From Neodothiora populina (taxonomy: Eukaryota): a stretch of DNA of 64,000 bases. The stretch lies in NCBI RefSeq assembly GCF_041146345.1, contig NW_027191406.1:1240001-1304000 (forward strand), written 5' to 3'. Shown in pieces: positions 12,461-25,776 of the stretch (its first letter is position 1; the number at the start of each line of letters is the position of its first letter). A program made the position numbers and the translations under genes. Below the pieces are notes generated by a model, which was given only the letters and a program-made list of their open reading frames with translations, was not told the DNA's origin and did not search any database.

Positions 12461-13936
12461 TCAGCGAATGGAGCATACCGAGACCTCGCAAGTGTCCTCG
12501 ACCTTGGTAGACCTGCGCACTTGAATCTCTGCAGTCTTGGCGTAACCAAACTTCAGCAATGCCGACATCAGATGGAACATTTGCTTGTTATCGTCGTACT
12601 TGTCAGGATAGTGATTGGTCAGGACTCCTGCCGATGCACTCCAGTCCGGAATCGTCTTCCTCCCCAGAGTCTCGACGATGAGAAGAACCTCTTCTCTCTT
12701 GATACGTTTCCAGAAATCCCTCGATCGTCTGGTCAGACAGATGATGGCAATGGCGATTGGATAGTAGAAGTTTGGTCCGAAGAGGCCTGCAATTTTACTG
12801 GTCTGACGTAGATGCTGCTTGTTGATGGGCACGATATCTCGATGGAAACGTCCCATATCGGCCCAGGAATTATCGATTTCGTGAGACCGGGGCCAAAGAC
12901 TGACCAGACCGTTATTGACGAGGGATATGTAAGACACAGCTGTATGTGCTTCACCCTTGATCACTCCATGTGCAAGATATTCCATATGGTACATCTTGTA
13001 ACTATGGCGCTGGTTCGGATGGACGTTGTTGAGGATGGCTGTAATAGAAGGCACGTAAATGATCGTGTTCGTCCCCTTGAGCATCTCGGTATCTATCACA
13101 CTAATGTGTGGACTATTGCCCGCCTCTGATGCATAATTGAGGGCGAATTGTAGCGATGACGACCATGAACTGAATTGCGTCAGAGGCGTACAGCTAGATC
13201 CAAGATGGGAATCAACAATCTTGACGAAATATTCTCCACTCATTTCGAAAACAGAGGCATGCCCTCTACTATAGTGAAAGGCATGAGGCTTGATAGTTGT
13301 CTTCGAGTTGAGCTTCGAGTTGCCGCCCGAACCGCTAGTCCACATCCTGAATAAGTATTTAGGAATATGTTCACTGGCCTCTATGGGAATGTCAGCTCTC
13401 TTCAAGATGCCAGCCATCCCAGTGCGATATGGAATCTACCTCGCAATACCTTCTCGAGCTCTGAGTTCTCTGCGATGCAATCACGCTGACGTCTCGCATA
13501 CTCGAGCGTGACTCGTTTAGCAGCAATGGATTTACGTGGGGCCTTTGGTTTCTTTGGAACCGCAACCGAGACAGGAGCAGGATCCGGAATACGAACTAGG
13601 ATCGGAACAGGAACAGTTGCTGCAGGTGGCAGCGGCTCGGGCTTCTTGTATACTCCTACTGTAAATACCAGACTTTTCTCGAATTCCTTTTGCACAGCCT
13701 GAGCTTTGCGCCAGAAGGCTTCCCGATCTGCTGCTTTCTCCTCATTTGTCCTCTGGCCAGGATCGAAGTCGTAAGGTCGCGGTACATGCGTCTTGAGCCA
13801 TTTGGGATCCTTCTTCTTGAGTTCCTGCTCCTTCAATTCTTTGTCACAGTCAGCAATAGTTCCGACAACCTGATGAGATGGATGTACCTTTGTGATCGGC
13901 AAGAATGATCTCCTTCAGTGCTTTGAGCATCTCCAT
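12461..13936 (-). CDS. Hypothetical protein with C-terminal ADP-ribosyltransferase-like (R-S-E) domain; exons 13936-13888, 13838-13440, 13380-12461 (3' end uncertain)
   Basis: Two introns (GTACAT...GCTGAC...AAG; GTAGAT...GCTGAC...TAG) join ORFs 13402-13902 and 12461-13417 in frame; motifs YLFR, FSSWSSSLQFAL, HISVIDT, EYLAHG. Confidence 0.65.
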
Positions 13937-15576
13937 GACTGCTATCTGCGGCCACGGCTTCGCTCAATAATCTCTTCGGTGTAGACGCCCGACATGGAGG
14001 AGGAAATGGATCAGCGTAGCTCGCACTTTTCTTTCGTGCTCACACCCATCACACCGCGAGTGAGACTCGGCATAGTGTGCCGTGAGAAGTCACAGTCGCT
14101 GTGATAGCAATGATCCTAACATTTCAAGTAGCTTGAAAAGGTACTCCGGATCGTGAAATTGTGTTGTGCTGGTTCTCTGAGTGATTGATCTCTATTCGAT
14201 CGTCTGGTGTTCGTAGAGCGCGCGGAAAACCGAACATGGTGCGCAGCTTTTGGGCGACCCTGTCCATGTCAAATATCACATCCGTAGATCTACTAGCATC
14301 TAGTGTCCAGTGCACGGTGCCAGCATGGACCAGTAACCACATTTCGAAGGACGATGCTTTAAAGACTCCCCTTTTAGCTGATACTATGGAGGTGTCAAAC
14401 GAAACAGATCTACGATATGTCTCGGAAAATTGCAGAAGATTTAGGCGGACTCGCATCCCACATAATTGGACAATAGAAGACGCATGTAGACCTGTTGTTA
14501 CGACTGGGAATATTATGACTGACTCCATGTTGCAAATGTCACATACAGCAAAGCCTACTCCGGAAAGGGCACTTACAACTCAGGTACCACTCATGAGGTG
14601 CCTTCGGACACGTCGGAAGCGTGTACACCATTGGATGACGACATTGTCCAGTAATCTCTGACCTGGTAATACGCGCTATCAATCAACTGGAAAGAGACCA
14701 GGAGTGGTTGAATGATACTTGCAGAAGTGTTATATGACACTCCTTAATAGTTAAGGTAAGGTTGACGATCTGCCAAGCGATGTCAAGCTTACCTTGGACT
14801 ACAATCCTAGGCGCAAAAGAGGTAGGAGACTAGAACTTGACGCATCCCCCAGTAGTGTATGGCAGGATCAACAGATGGCAGCTAATACAATCCACACCAT
14901 CCGGATCGTGATTCCCTCACATGTCAGATCTCATTGCGTGGCTAGTAGTCATGACTAGTCTGCACGGCAAGTAGATATGTGTACTATGTCTCGGACTGTA
15001 TTTCAAGCACGACAAGTTGTCCATGGCAATTGCAAGCTGAGTATGGATATGCAGGGTAGCCGGCAGGACAGTAGTCCTTTCTGCACCCCGCACGTACTTG
15101 ATACGGCCTCGAAAGTCTCGATATTTCCCCCGCGTACCTGTCCCAATTTGAGACTACCGAAGCCAGTGTACCAAAGACTTACATGGCGCGTGGCCTGAAT
15201 TGAGTTCGTGCTTAGCTGCGGTTAGGGCTGATCATTAATGGCAAGGGATCTCGTACAAGAAGTAAATCACGACTCCCAGTGAATGGCAGTCGATTTGAGG
15301 CTCACAAAGTCATGGCTTACCGCATTGTAACACTTCCTTATGCCAAGACTATGTCATTGTCCTGACTTTGAGGAGCTCTCATGCATGCTGGTGCGGAAAG
15401 GCCGCATGCATATCATACGCTAGCGTGGCATGACAAGATGCTCCTGTCATGTGCAGTCACTGTAAGGGAAACCGAGCTCTCCGTGATGTGTACAACGATA
15501 CAGCAAGCACATGAGCGGGGGGATCGAACGAGGCTGCGAGTATCTCTACCATTGCTGCGGTTTGTGCTGACTGACC

Positions 15577-16248
15577 ATGACCACCTTAGATACTCACATG
15601 ATGATGGAGTCTTGGCACGCCAGGCGCTGTTCGAGGTACGAAAGCGGGGAGATCCAGCCAAACGAGCAGTTCACCTGGCCCGTGCAGACCCGGGGAACGA
15701 AGCCACCGACCTTAGAACCACTCACAAGTGGGTGCAAAGCACGAGACCGTGGCCCAAAATGACTACGAGTGCCTCCGCATTTCTGGGCCCCGTTGAGGCA
15801 GCTTTAAGCTTGGTTGAAGCCACTCGAACCCTCCCATCTATTTCCATCTCGTTCTGACCACATATGGGCTCTATACAACAACACAACAGCCATTTGGCTC
15901 GGTCCCATAGTGCAAGGCTCAAGCAAATTGTTCCTTGTGTGTCCCGAGTGTTCTGAAGACAGCTACGACAATAGGACAAAGAAAGCAGCTCACGGCTGCC
16001 GGACAAAGTTTCGCCCCCGCCCGAAGCCTCGATCGGCACCGTCGATTGTTGGTTCATTTCCCCACACACAAGGACGTCGAGGCCAGATTGTCTTGAATCC
16101 TCATAATTATCATCCTCCGCCGGGACAGTATCGTCACAACCGACTGATTCTCATCATCTTTCCTGCTCGTCCCGACTGCTCATCGGAAGACTCTAAGTCG
16201 GTCTATCTATCAGTAGTGGTGAAGCGGTTGAGGTGGTTCATGAACTGA
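15577..16248 (+). pseudogene. Possible decayed gene: one reading frame with two internal stops
   Basis: ORFs 15577-15762 and 15814-16248 share a frame, separated by TGA (15760) and TAA (15805); no recognisable family. Confidence 0.2.
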
Positions 16249-17315
16249 ACGCCTGGGGGTCTTGGCTATCGTGAAAGGGGACCTGTACATCGCCACCGGC
16301 GCCGCAAATTAGTGTCAACAGCCAGGCATATATCTTTCGACACGTGAGAACAGGCGCAATCGTTTCGTGTCATAGTCTGGCATTGACGACTAACCCTTTC
16401 CAAGCAGCTGTAGTATCCGGCGCCTATATCCATTGTATCGCAAAATCGGATATCATTAATATTGATCAACGACTTTCATTTCTCTTCAGTTAGAAATTCA
16501 TCGGAATACAGGTAAGTACATCTGCTGTCAGCCCAGGGCCATCTTCACTACAACAAAGTATCAAGCGAATCTGACACATGACATAGGAGCAAAGGGCCAT
16601 TAAATCTTACATAGAAGGATACTTAAAAATTACGGGACGGGGAAAGCACCTATTAGGTAAGTCTGATTGGTCTTCGACCACTTCGTTGCCAGCATTGTTG
16701 CACGACATTGCTACACAGTGGGGTTTGCGGCAAGACCTTGATCTCGTTAGACCGTCATGAGACAATTCGAAGTACAGCCAAGATCGACCTTGGAAGGGGT
16801 ACTATTTGCGTCCCCCATACCGTGTCTCTTCTTTCCACTCACAAACGAACATACCTTGGTTTCAGACTTCGTGGATATTTTTTTCGGATGCCAGTTGTAC
16901 TCTTGCATCTGTCTCATTCCATACACGGCCCCCACACTGACTCATTCATTCCTAGATCATAGAAACGAAGCGGAAAGACTTACACAGCTTAAACTCCCGT
17001 TGCACGATTTTAGTCCAGCAAGAAGCCTGACACTCTTTGACGAGAGCCTCTCAGTACAACTCTGTGCACAAGGTATGCGGCAACGCTCTTTCTTTCCTTT
17101 CCCATTTCACATATAGTTCATCATCAGGTGACTTCGCCTTGCCTGAGGCTGAGCCCTCTGCATCGTGTGTGGACCAAATCGATACGGCATGTACTGATAT
17201 GGGCCAGTCACTCATCACTAGTAAACGTTAATTTACTGGCACAGAAGTCCACTCCATATCATCTTCTTGGTTTGTAGCTGACAAAAGCGCGGTCTGCTCG
17301 CATGCTCTGAGCATC

Positions 17316-20130
17316 ATGTCGTTTGCTACTTCGAGAGGAAGCGCCGGCCGTGGTCTACCAGCTTTCGACAAGTCCAAAGTCGTCATGCCAGACCGTACTT
17401 CAACCGACGCAGACAATGCAGTGCTTTCATCAGATGACGAAAGCGAAATGATCAAATCTGTGAACTCCCTGACTAATCCGACTGGGCCACCTACAACACA
17501 GCATACACCGAGGCGATCGTCTTTTTTGAGCGAAATACAGCCTGAGAGCAAGCGCAAACTGTCCTTCAACGCTTCTGGCAACACTTCTCAACCACCAACA
17601 CCTTCTGCGGAGAACATTCCGATTCCGTGGGGTGGCATCGGCAGTAATCTTGTACGAGTTTCGTCAAATGGCTCCACCAGTGCTTGGACCCACGTGAACT
17701 CGATCTGGAAGGATGTCCCCATAGGCTCTCCTTCGACACCTACCCGTGGCTTCGGTGACGATCACAGCCCGATCGGAGCCAAGGATCTGATGGATGACAT
17801 AATCCCCTTCTCGATACCACTTCATCCTACACCAAAGACATACCGCTCACAGTCCTATTCGGTCGGGCAAAGGGACCCAGACGCCGCTAATAACCGTGCC
17901 AACGCAAGTGTTGTCAAGCACAAGCCCTCCAGACTCAGTGAAGTTGAGCATGCACATACCCTCGACGAGGTTCACGAAAGCGATGACGAAGGATCAGATT
18001 CTGGTGTGCCCGTGGATTCTTTGCGATTATGGGACGGGCAACCTTACATGAATTTGAATCAGGGCCCAAGCTCTTATATTCGTGAAGAACCTGAGGGCCC
18101 ATGGACCCGTAGACATGTCACTGCGCCAATCTCCGAGCATGTGATGCATACACGCCCAAGCGGCTCTGAAACAGATCATATGGAACACTCTATGCTCACA
18201 GACGAATACAGCGCGCACGATCCAGGAACACATGGTCTGCCTTCAGCTTTCAATTCCACACGACCCCAATGGCAATCTTCGTTGAAGGAAGAAAACGACT
18301 TTGACCCTTCTCTAAGTCGTCGCCATAGCTTAGCAGATGTGCCTACCCGCAGAGGATCTCTGGCGCTGGATACACCGCCTTTCGGCCAGGCTCCGACATC
18401 ACACAACGTTGAATTACATGGAGACTATCAACGGCAGGCCGCTGACATGGAGCAAAGTATGGCTCAGAATGACACGCACAATCGTGTCTATGCTCAGAAC
18501 TATTTCTCTGGTACCGCACCAGCCTTGCGATCTCGAATTGAAAGTACTCGTGGGGTGCCGGACTTTCCGAACAACAGAAGTTTAGGAGGTCCTGATCGAC
18601 AAGGACCACCTCCTGGTGTATTTTCTCGCCCCGGTTTCGATACACCGCTTTACATTGTTGCCTTCAAATGTGCACGTGCCGATATCTATTACGTGCAGCC
18701 TGGCACTGGCCTAGAAGTCAACGAAGGCGATCTGGTCATAGTTGAAGCCGACCGCGGTTATGACTTGGGAACAGTCACGCACGCTCGCGTGGATTGGACG
18801 CGTGCTCGGGAGCTCAAGGAAAAGGCCTTGGACGAGCATTTCAGATGGCTTATGATGTTCTCCCGTCACAACCAAGACATCGTTGCTGCTGACCCACGTG
18901 ATTTTCATGGATTGATGGCACAGAAGTGTCCTAAAGAAAGAGACCCTATGAGAAAGGCGCGTGAAGGATTTGGACTTGGTGATGCCCAGTATGCGCACGA
19001 CATCAAGCCTCGCCTGATAAGACGCCGTGCTTTCAACCACGAGATAGCCAACCTTCGCGAGAAGGAGGGAAATGAAGCAAAAGCAAAGAGAGCATGTCAA
19101 CAGAAGGCTCGGGAGCACGGGTGCAAGATGGAGATACTCGACGCTGAATTTCAGATGTAAGTACCGATGTGGACATTAGTGGAGACTATACTGAGTTGCT
19201 AACGAATGCAATAGCGACTGGAAGAAGCTCACGTTTTACTTCTTTGCAGAGCATTATCAAAACTTCAATGCTCTTGTTACAGACTTGTACAAGGTCTACA
19301 AAGTCAGAATCTGGATGTCAGCTATCAACCCAACCACTTATCCGTCGCCTTCCAACAAGCCCCCTTCAACGATTGGACCTGGGGCTATGGAGGGCCGCGA
19401 TACACCTATGGACCAACACGTCGGCATGTACACTGACCCGGATCCTCATGGTGCGCTCCCTCCCGCACTGAATCCGAGCACCGCGACATACAACGAACTG
19501 GCTAAGGATGCGACTGCTTGCGGTTTCGTAGGAGGCAATGGACTGAATCCAGCCACGACGCCCTTCAAATCGCGCTTGGGTGGCGAAACCCAAATTGGTC
19601 CCATGAGTGGCAATCCGCAAGATCGTAACGGCCAATTTCAGTCTACAAAGAATGGTAACCAAGCATCCTGGACTGGATTCGCCATGCCTCAAAGCACCAC
19701 AAGGCCGCAGCAGCCCACGTACAATAGCACCCATGCACAAGCGTCTGCTGGTGCAAGTATGAATACTGCAGTCACTCGGCCCTCGCCCGCCCCGCAAAAC
19801 TTTCAAACAGTATCTCCTTCATACAATGGATGGGGCGCACCCCCAAGCGTCAGTCAGCGACAAGCTTTTGGCAGCACTCAGGGTCAATTGCCATTGTCAT
19901 TTGGCGCCAACTTCAATGCATCTGTGACCAAATCTTCTCCTGCTCCTCAGGGAATGGGCTCTCCACACGCTCAGTACCCGGGATGGTCGGCACCTCGCCA
20001 ACCTTGGAATCCCGCTAATAGTAACGGTCGTACTGCCGCCCCTGGAATGCGTCCATTTCCCTCAGAGCTTGGAGCCAACTACATCCAAGGTCTCGGTGAC
20101 TTGAACCTAGGTCAGGTAGAGAGGAAGTGA
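17316..20130 (+). CDS. PSP1: PSP1 C-terminal domain protein; exons 17316-19156, 19215-20130
   Basis: LYIVAFKCARADIYY, GDLVIVEADRGYDLGTV, EILDAEFQ|IDWKKLTFY, LYKVYKVRIWMSAINP; intron GTAAGT...GCTAAC...TAG. Confidence 0.88.
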
Positions 20131-20571
20131 CGGGCTGGAATATAACAGTCGCGACAGCCGACACAAAAAACATCCCGACACTATGTCGTGAGATATAGAT
20201 GCATTTGCTTTTTCACTATATTTTGTCCTTTCCCTCCTTCCTTACATCACTGAAGCTAGCCTTCTACCCACGACTATCTATTTTCCCCCTTTTACAAGAC
20301 ATACACTACATTACAATCCCTGTAATAACAGCTGCAGAAATCGAGATCGATTGCTTTTTCCAATGTTGCAGTGTTCTAGCAAGGATTACGGGGTTTCAAA
20401 AGAAGATGACATTCAGACGATGCGAAAGCATTTAATGTTCGTCCATCTTCCCCTTCTCTTAAGCTCTATCAAGGATTTTGCTGCAAAGAAAATGGAGTTC
20501 TCATCCTCTCTGTATTGAATTTTTGTTTCCCACTCACAATAGAAGTAGAAATTAGCAATATAACCAGTCCA

Positions 20572-20595
20572 TCAGTCAGTCAGTCAGTCAGTCAG
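20572..20595. repeat. (TCAG)6 microsatellite
   Basis: Seen directly. Confidence 0.9.
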
Positions 20596-21269
20596 TATGA
20601 TGTTCTGACTTCTCATATGGTGCATTCAGTATACGGATGTGGAGTAGTGCATCTGCTGTTTGATGATACGCTATCTAGTGAACAACTTTGAATGCGAAAA
20701 CGAAGACTAGCAGCTTCAAGCAAAGAATTGACGCCCCTTTCTATTTGCTCACTTGGTCTCTGTCCTATCTCATGTAAGGCGCCACTCAAAACCAACTGAT
20801 CGTCGAACCAACTGGAAGCAATCTTGATGACTAGAGTAGATATACTCCTTTTTCTAGTAGTAATCATTCTCAATATGAGCGCATAGAATTGCGCTTTGCG
20901 TCAGTCAAGCCACTTGCTTGACTTTGCCTATCTTCTACACCAATGATGTCTTGTGCTCTGACGGTTCTTGTCTTGAGATCCATATAGCGCAGAGATCGGA
21001 AAGGGGGGTAAGATCTGGACAAAGTGCTGGGGAGGCTTGCCAGTGTCCTCTGCTAGTGAGGAAGGCATGTTATTGTGTTCTGAGGATGTCTGGTAGTGAT
21101 AATATATGATACAGATCTCCAGGAGACTTGATAAGAAGAAGGTGGGGATAGGTGCCTGCTGGTTGACGTTTGGTCCATGAATTAAGTGATGGTGTTGCGG
21201 TGCCTAAGGGGTTAGGCAGCCTTGTCACCTATTCTTGATTTCTGTTCACTTTGAGTAATACATCAGTAA

Positions 21270-21396
21270 TTGACATTCTCGTGGAGCTTCTGTATACAAG
21301 TCAGGACTCTGTGCATCTTTCTTGTCTCGTCATCACCATTACCATCATCACTGTTGTTGTTGTTGTCTTCGTCGCCGTCGCCGTCGCCGCCATCGC

Positions 21397-21440
<44 letters not shown>

Positions 21441-22017
21441 ACACCACCACCTCTATCACCCCTCGCCCGGGTGATGATGGCCGAGATCCAGCCATCATGG
21501 TAAGTCAAACGCCTTTCGTTCAGTTCGTTCTCAATGACCAGTCACTATCAACTCAAAAAGAAAAGTGAACGCTGACACTTAGCCTTTTCATAGGTCCAGA
21601 GATGAACTTCCTCGCCTCGATCTCCAAAGGCTCAAAGAGGAGCCTGACTACTCCTCGGTGGCACGATAAGGCGTAGCTTCACAATGAGATTGCACCTCCA
21701 CTGGCGCATACAGGAGCCAGGGTCAGGAGACCGAGGTGGAAGAGTTGCGGTGCTTCCTTCGAAGCTGCTTCTACGGCAGCTTCGGATGCATGCCAACTGT
21801 ACCTCGCGGTCTGAGTGCTGCCGTCGCCGTAGGAGCAAGACCTCCAGCAGCCGCCGCCGCCGTCACCACCATCGACCACGAGCACAGGAGCAATGCTGTG
21901 GAGTGCGTGGTGGACGACAGGTCCGTGGTAATCACGGACGAGTTTGTCATTGAGCTGCTCCGTCGGGGCAAGGATGCCCAGAGAGTCCGGGTAGGCAGGC
22001 GGACCTCTGGTCAGTAG
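21270..22017 (+). pseudogene. Possible decayed spliced gene (Ser/Pro-rich exon, intron 21500-21593, two in-frame stops)
   Basis: Canonical intron GTAAGT...GCTGAC...TAG; the spliced frame runs through TAA (21667) and TGA (21685) into ORF 21736-22017. Confidence 0.3.
21397..21438. repeat. (CAT)14 microsatellite inside a mixed trinucleotide low-complexity tract (about 21325-21450)
   Basis: Seen directly; flanked by GTT, GTC/GCC and CAC runs. Confidence 0.95.
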
Positions 22018-25000
22018 TGTTGTAGAGTAGTCAACCCTTGTCCGGTGCCTGCACCAGACTCCTTGATTGTGAGGATCTCAATAAATATATATCTCATCTC
22101 GTGCACATATCCATGTGACGCTGCGAGACGTGAGCCATCGTGGGTGCCATACTGATCTAGATCATGTATGTCCAGCGAAGGGGGCCCAAGGATCGAAGAT
22201 GAGTTCTTCGTCTATTGTGATTTTTGACACTTCCGCTCCATCTCTTGTGGTATATGTGCTTAGATTCGGAGAGTGGACAGAATTTAGGTGGGTGCTCAGT
22301 CAGCGTTAAGATTCGGAGAAAGAAGCAGACAGGGTCACATCAAGAACGCCTTGCCTGCCTTCTTGCTCCCTGATACCCAGCCAGACGTCCGAATTCCTGA
22401 GCCGATCGTACTTTCCGCTAGCAAGTGTCAGAATGCTCCTTCGGAAGGGAAGTGTCCGCATAGCCAGCCTTCATGCATGGAAAGATACCTAAGTATCCTC
22501 GGATATCGTCCCGAAGACTCCGCGCGCCTAACGCCGATCATGACGCACGTGGATTCCGATTACCTCCCCCCAATCTGCTCTTCACCTACTATTCACACGG
22601 CAAAGAACCATCTCAGATGCACACGCTGATAAATGCATATTGGACCAGCGTACGAAATACTCATCCCGATCATCCTTTGCAGCGAAGACGATGTTGGACC
22701 TGCTTGTAGGCTTCTCAGTCTGGGCGATCGCCTGCGGCTTCGTATGTGCGCTTGTCTGGTCTGCTGTAGCTTAAGCACAACCTCCTGCAGGGAGACGTCG
22801 ACCTGATGGCGTCCAACTCAAAGATCCTGATCTGCGTACCTAGATGTCTTCGTCCTGGAATACTCGAGCTGGAAATGATAGCTTCTGGCGCCCCCTTGCG
22901 ATGTATCGATATAGCTGCTAGGCCATAGGTCGCACCCACATTCAGTCTCACTGTTTGGCACAGCTCCATACAGTCTTGGCACTATTGTCTTCTGCCTGAC
23001 GCTAGAGTCTGCCCACTCGTCCTTCCTACTCAGCTTGCTGTGTTGGGAGGAATAGCGTGGTATTCCATAAGACGGTGTAGTGAATAGATTTCTGGCTTCT
23101 GCTATCCGTCGGTCGACTGGATCTCGAGACTGCCTCATGTCAACAACCTTGTCACGATAACAAGTGGTCATGTAAGGCACAGACCTTGACATTTCAGAGG
23201 ACCATCATGATAGAGCCATCGAAGTGAAAGTAAAGCGAGGTGTGGTTTCCGATGCATGTGCTCGCCATCAAAGCTTTTGTCGATGAGCAGAGAAACCACC
23301 CGACAGTAGATACAGCACTCTGAGGTCTGCTGCCTACTCCCCAATCTCTGGACTATGCCTTTCTGGCCGGAAGTTGGCTCCGAGATCATCTAAACGAACA
23401 CTGAGCATCATGTCTATGCCAGGCAAAGACTGAGGTAACGTCGAGGTCTGCACTTCGTCAGAATGAATATTGTTGCCAGGGTAACCTGTGCGATATCAGT
23501 TGGAAGTTCAAGATGGCTCACAACTTTGCCCATTCTGCATGTCATATGTCTTAGTCTTCGGTGGAAGTCTAGGCATGGACGAGCTCAGCAAGGTCTGCTA
23601 TCTGTCACCAGATGACTGGGCGGTAATGAATAGACCAAGAAAGATCCTGAAGCTGGTATAGACCTATCTTGCATGCATGAGTCATCCTCTGCAGTCCGGT
23701 AGCGCATTTCGGCTGTGACAACATCCTATCTCGAAGAGATCCCCAGGCTTGGACCTTCTTGTCTCCAGGAAGATGCTTGATCGATCGGGAATCAAGCTTT
23801 CTGCTACAAGTACTTGATCTGGGCACCTTTGTATACGACAGCATCGATAACGATGCTCGACAGTGGTAACTCAACCTACGAAAGGAGGCAGTGCAGGCCT
23901 GCACTACTGGCTGTTGCTCATGATTTCTGTGTAACACGTCCTAGGGCTACTACTTTAGTACTTCAACACAGCAGGAGAGCTGAAGAGATTAACGCTACAC
24001 TTTGTCAACTCGGTCAGCTCTTCCTGAGACAAGGGTCTCTGTATGATACCAGGGCAAAAGATCTTGTATGGCGACACGCCAAAGTAGCTTTTGTATGAAG
24101 CGGATATGCGAGACATACAAGACTGATTCGCGTGTCGTCATTGACGTACTCCGACTAATGTCAGCGCTGACATTTGAAATTTCACATCTTCTTTGGCTCG
24201 GAATCAGAGGCGATGACATCGGTGAGACGGCGGTTGCGCCAATGGACCCGCGTTATATTGGCTCCAAACCTAGCCAGCATACCTCGAACTGGAGAGTGCG
24301 CACGGGCCAGATCAACACCATCGCTAAGCTATATCCAAGTAAACTCACTGCTTGCCACTGTGCAGTGAGAAGGAAAGACACCATCTTGGAGGTCCTCTCC
24401 CAAACGATTGTCCATAGATCTTTGATGGTCAGCCTGGCATGTAGAGCCCCGGTATATGATGTTGCACATGGGTATACGGGATCTTGCCTGACCATTTGCA
24501 ATGAACCTGGCCTTGAGATTACACAGGCTCCAGGTTCAGTGCAAGAGCATGAGTCAACAGACGACTGCTGAGAGACAGCCTGTGGTCCGTCACAAAAGGC
24601 ATCGACGATGACGCTGAGCATCAAGGAGATGTTCTCAGACAGTCTGACACTGCATGCTGTTGTCAAAGTCAGCGCTTGTCAGAACCATGGGAAGAGCCTT
24701 GCTTACATCTGCTACGGTAAATGCATACATCTCAATTCAGACTTTGAGTGGATCTTATTTGGAGTGAAGTGGTAAAGACCTTAATCAGTAATGGTTGTCC
24801 ATGAGCTTGACATGGTGTGCTTTTGCAAAAAGAGCCGCGAGAGTGGTGATGGGCCTCGCGGGAAGCGCCATGACCCATGCGCGTCATGCATGTCGCAAAA
24901 GGCCTAAGGTATTCTCTCGCACAAGGCCAGTCGGACTTGGGAACACCGCAGCTACGACAATGATCGCCTAATCGTGTCGCGTCTCTCTACCAGAGCCTTT

Positions 25001-25776
25001 CGGCCGAATCCTTGCTGCCAGCTACCCCTGCAGCTTGCGCGACCACTGGTCAAGCAAACTCGTCCGCTGCTGGGATAGCGGTCCGGGAGAGACATATTCA
25101 CAGAAGATGAGATATACATTGACATCAATGTCACAGTATGAGTGTCGCCTCATGAAGCAGCTGTCCCTGAAAGAGGATTCGCACCGCCCGCGCTACAAGG
25201 GTTATTACCAGGACACAGCACAATGTAGTCCATATCACTGCCCTAGCCACACTGTTAGCAAATCCGATAAGAGGCATATACCCGACAAGGAAGAAACAAA
25301 ACTTTTGATACCTTTAACAAGGATAAATCAGAGTTCTGTTATGCTGAAGATGCTGGCATTATGTAAAGTCATAGCATCTTAGGGAAAACGCTGAGTGGAG
25401 AAAGGAGCGCTGGAAGGGCACAGCTGTCTCCTTTACCACGTCACCTTGAAAGGCTGCCACGACCTTTCTTGGCATCGTATCTCAATCTTTGCTCACTTCC
25501 TGCCTCCGTTTTCTCTAATTCGAATGGGAAAAGCCGACATCCGAGTTCCGTATCCGCTATATATAGCCCAGCGACATGAGTTCCATGATCCACAGCAAAG
25601 ATCCTGGAGACAAGTCCGCCCCAGAGGAATCCTATGATCACCATCACCACCTCCCTCGGGGGGAAGCGGTCGCATGCGCCCAGCTCTATGCATCACGTAG
25701 GACTGCGGGATTGTCTGTCACTCACTCTGGGAGGGGCAAAGTACAGGAGGTTGAAGATCACAGCATCGGACTGGAC

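Noticed and set aside
13381..13439. Apparent frameshift between ORFs 13402-13902 and 12461-13417
   Set aside because: Explained by a 59-nt intron with branch point that restores the frame.
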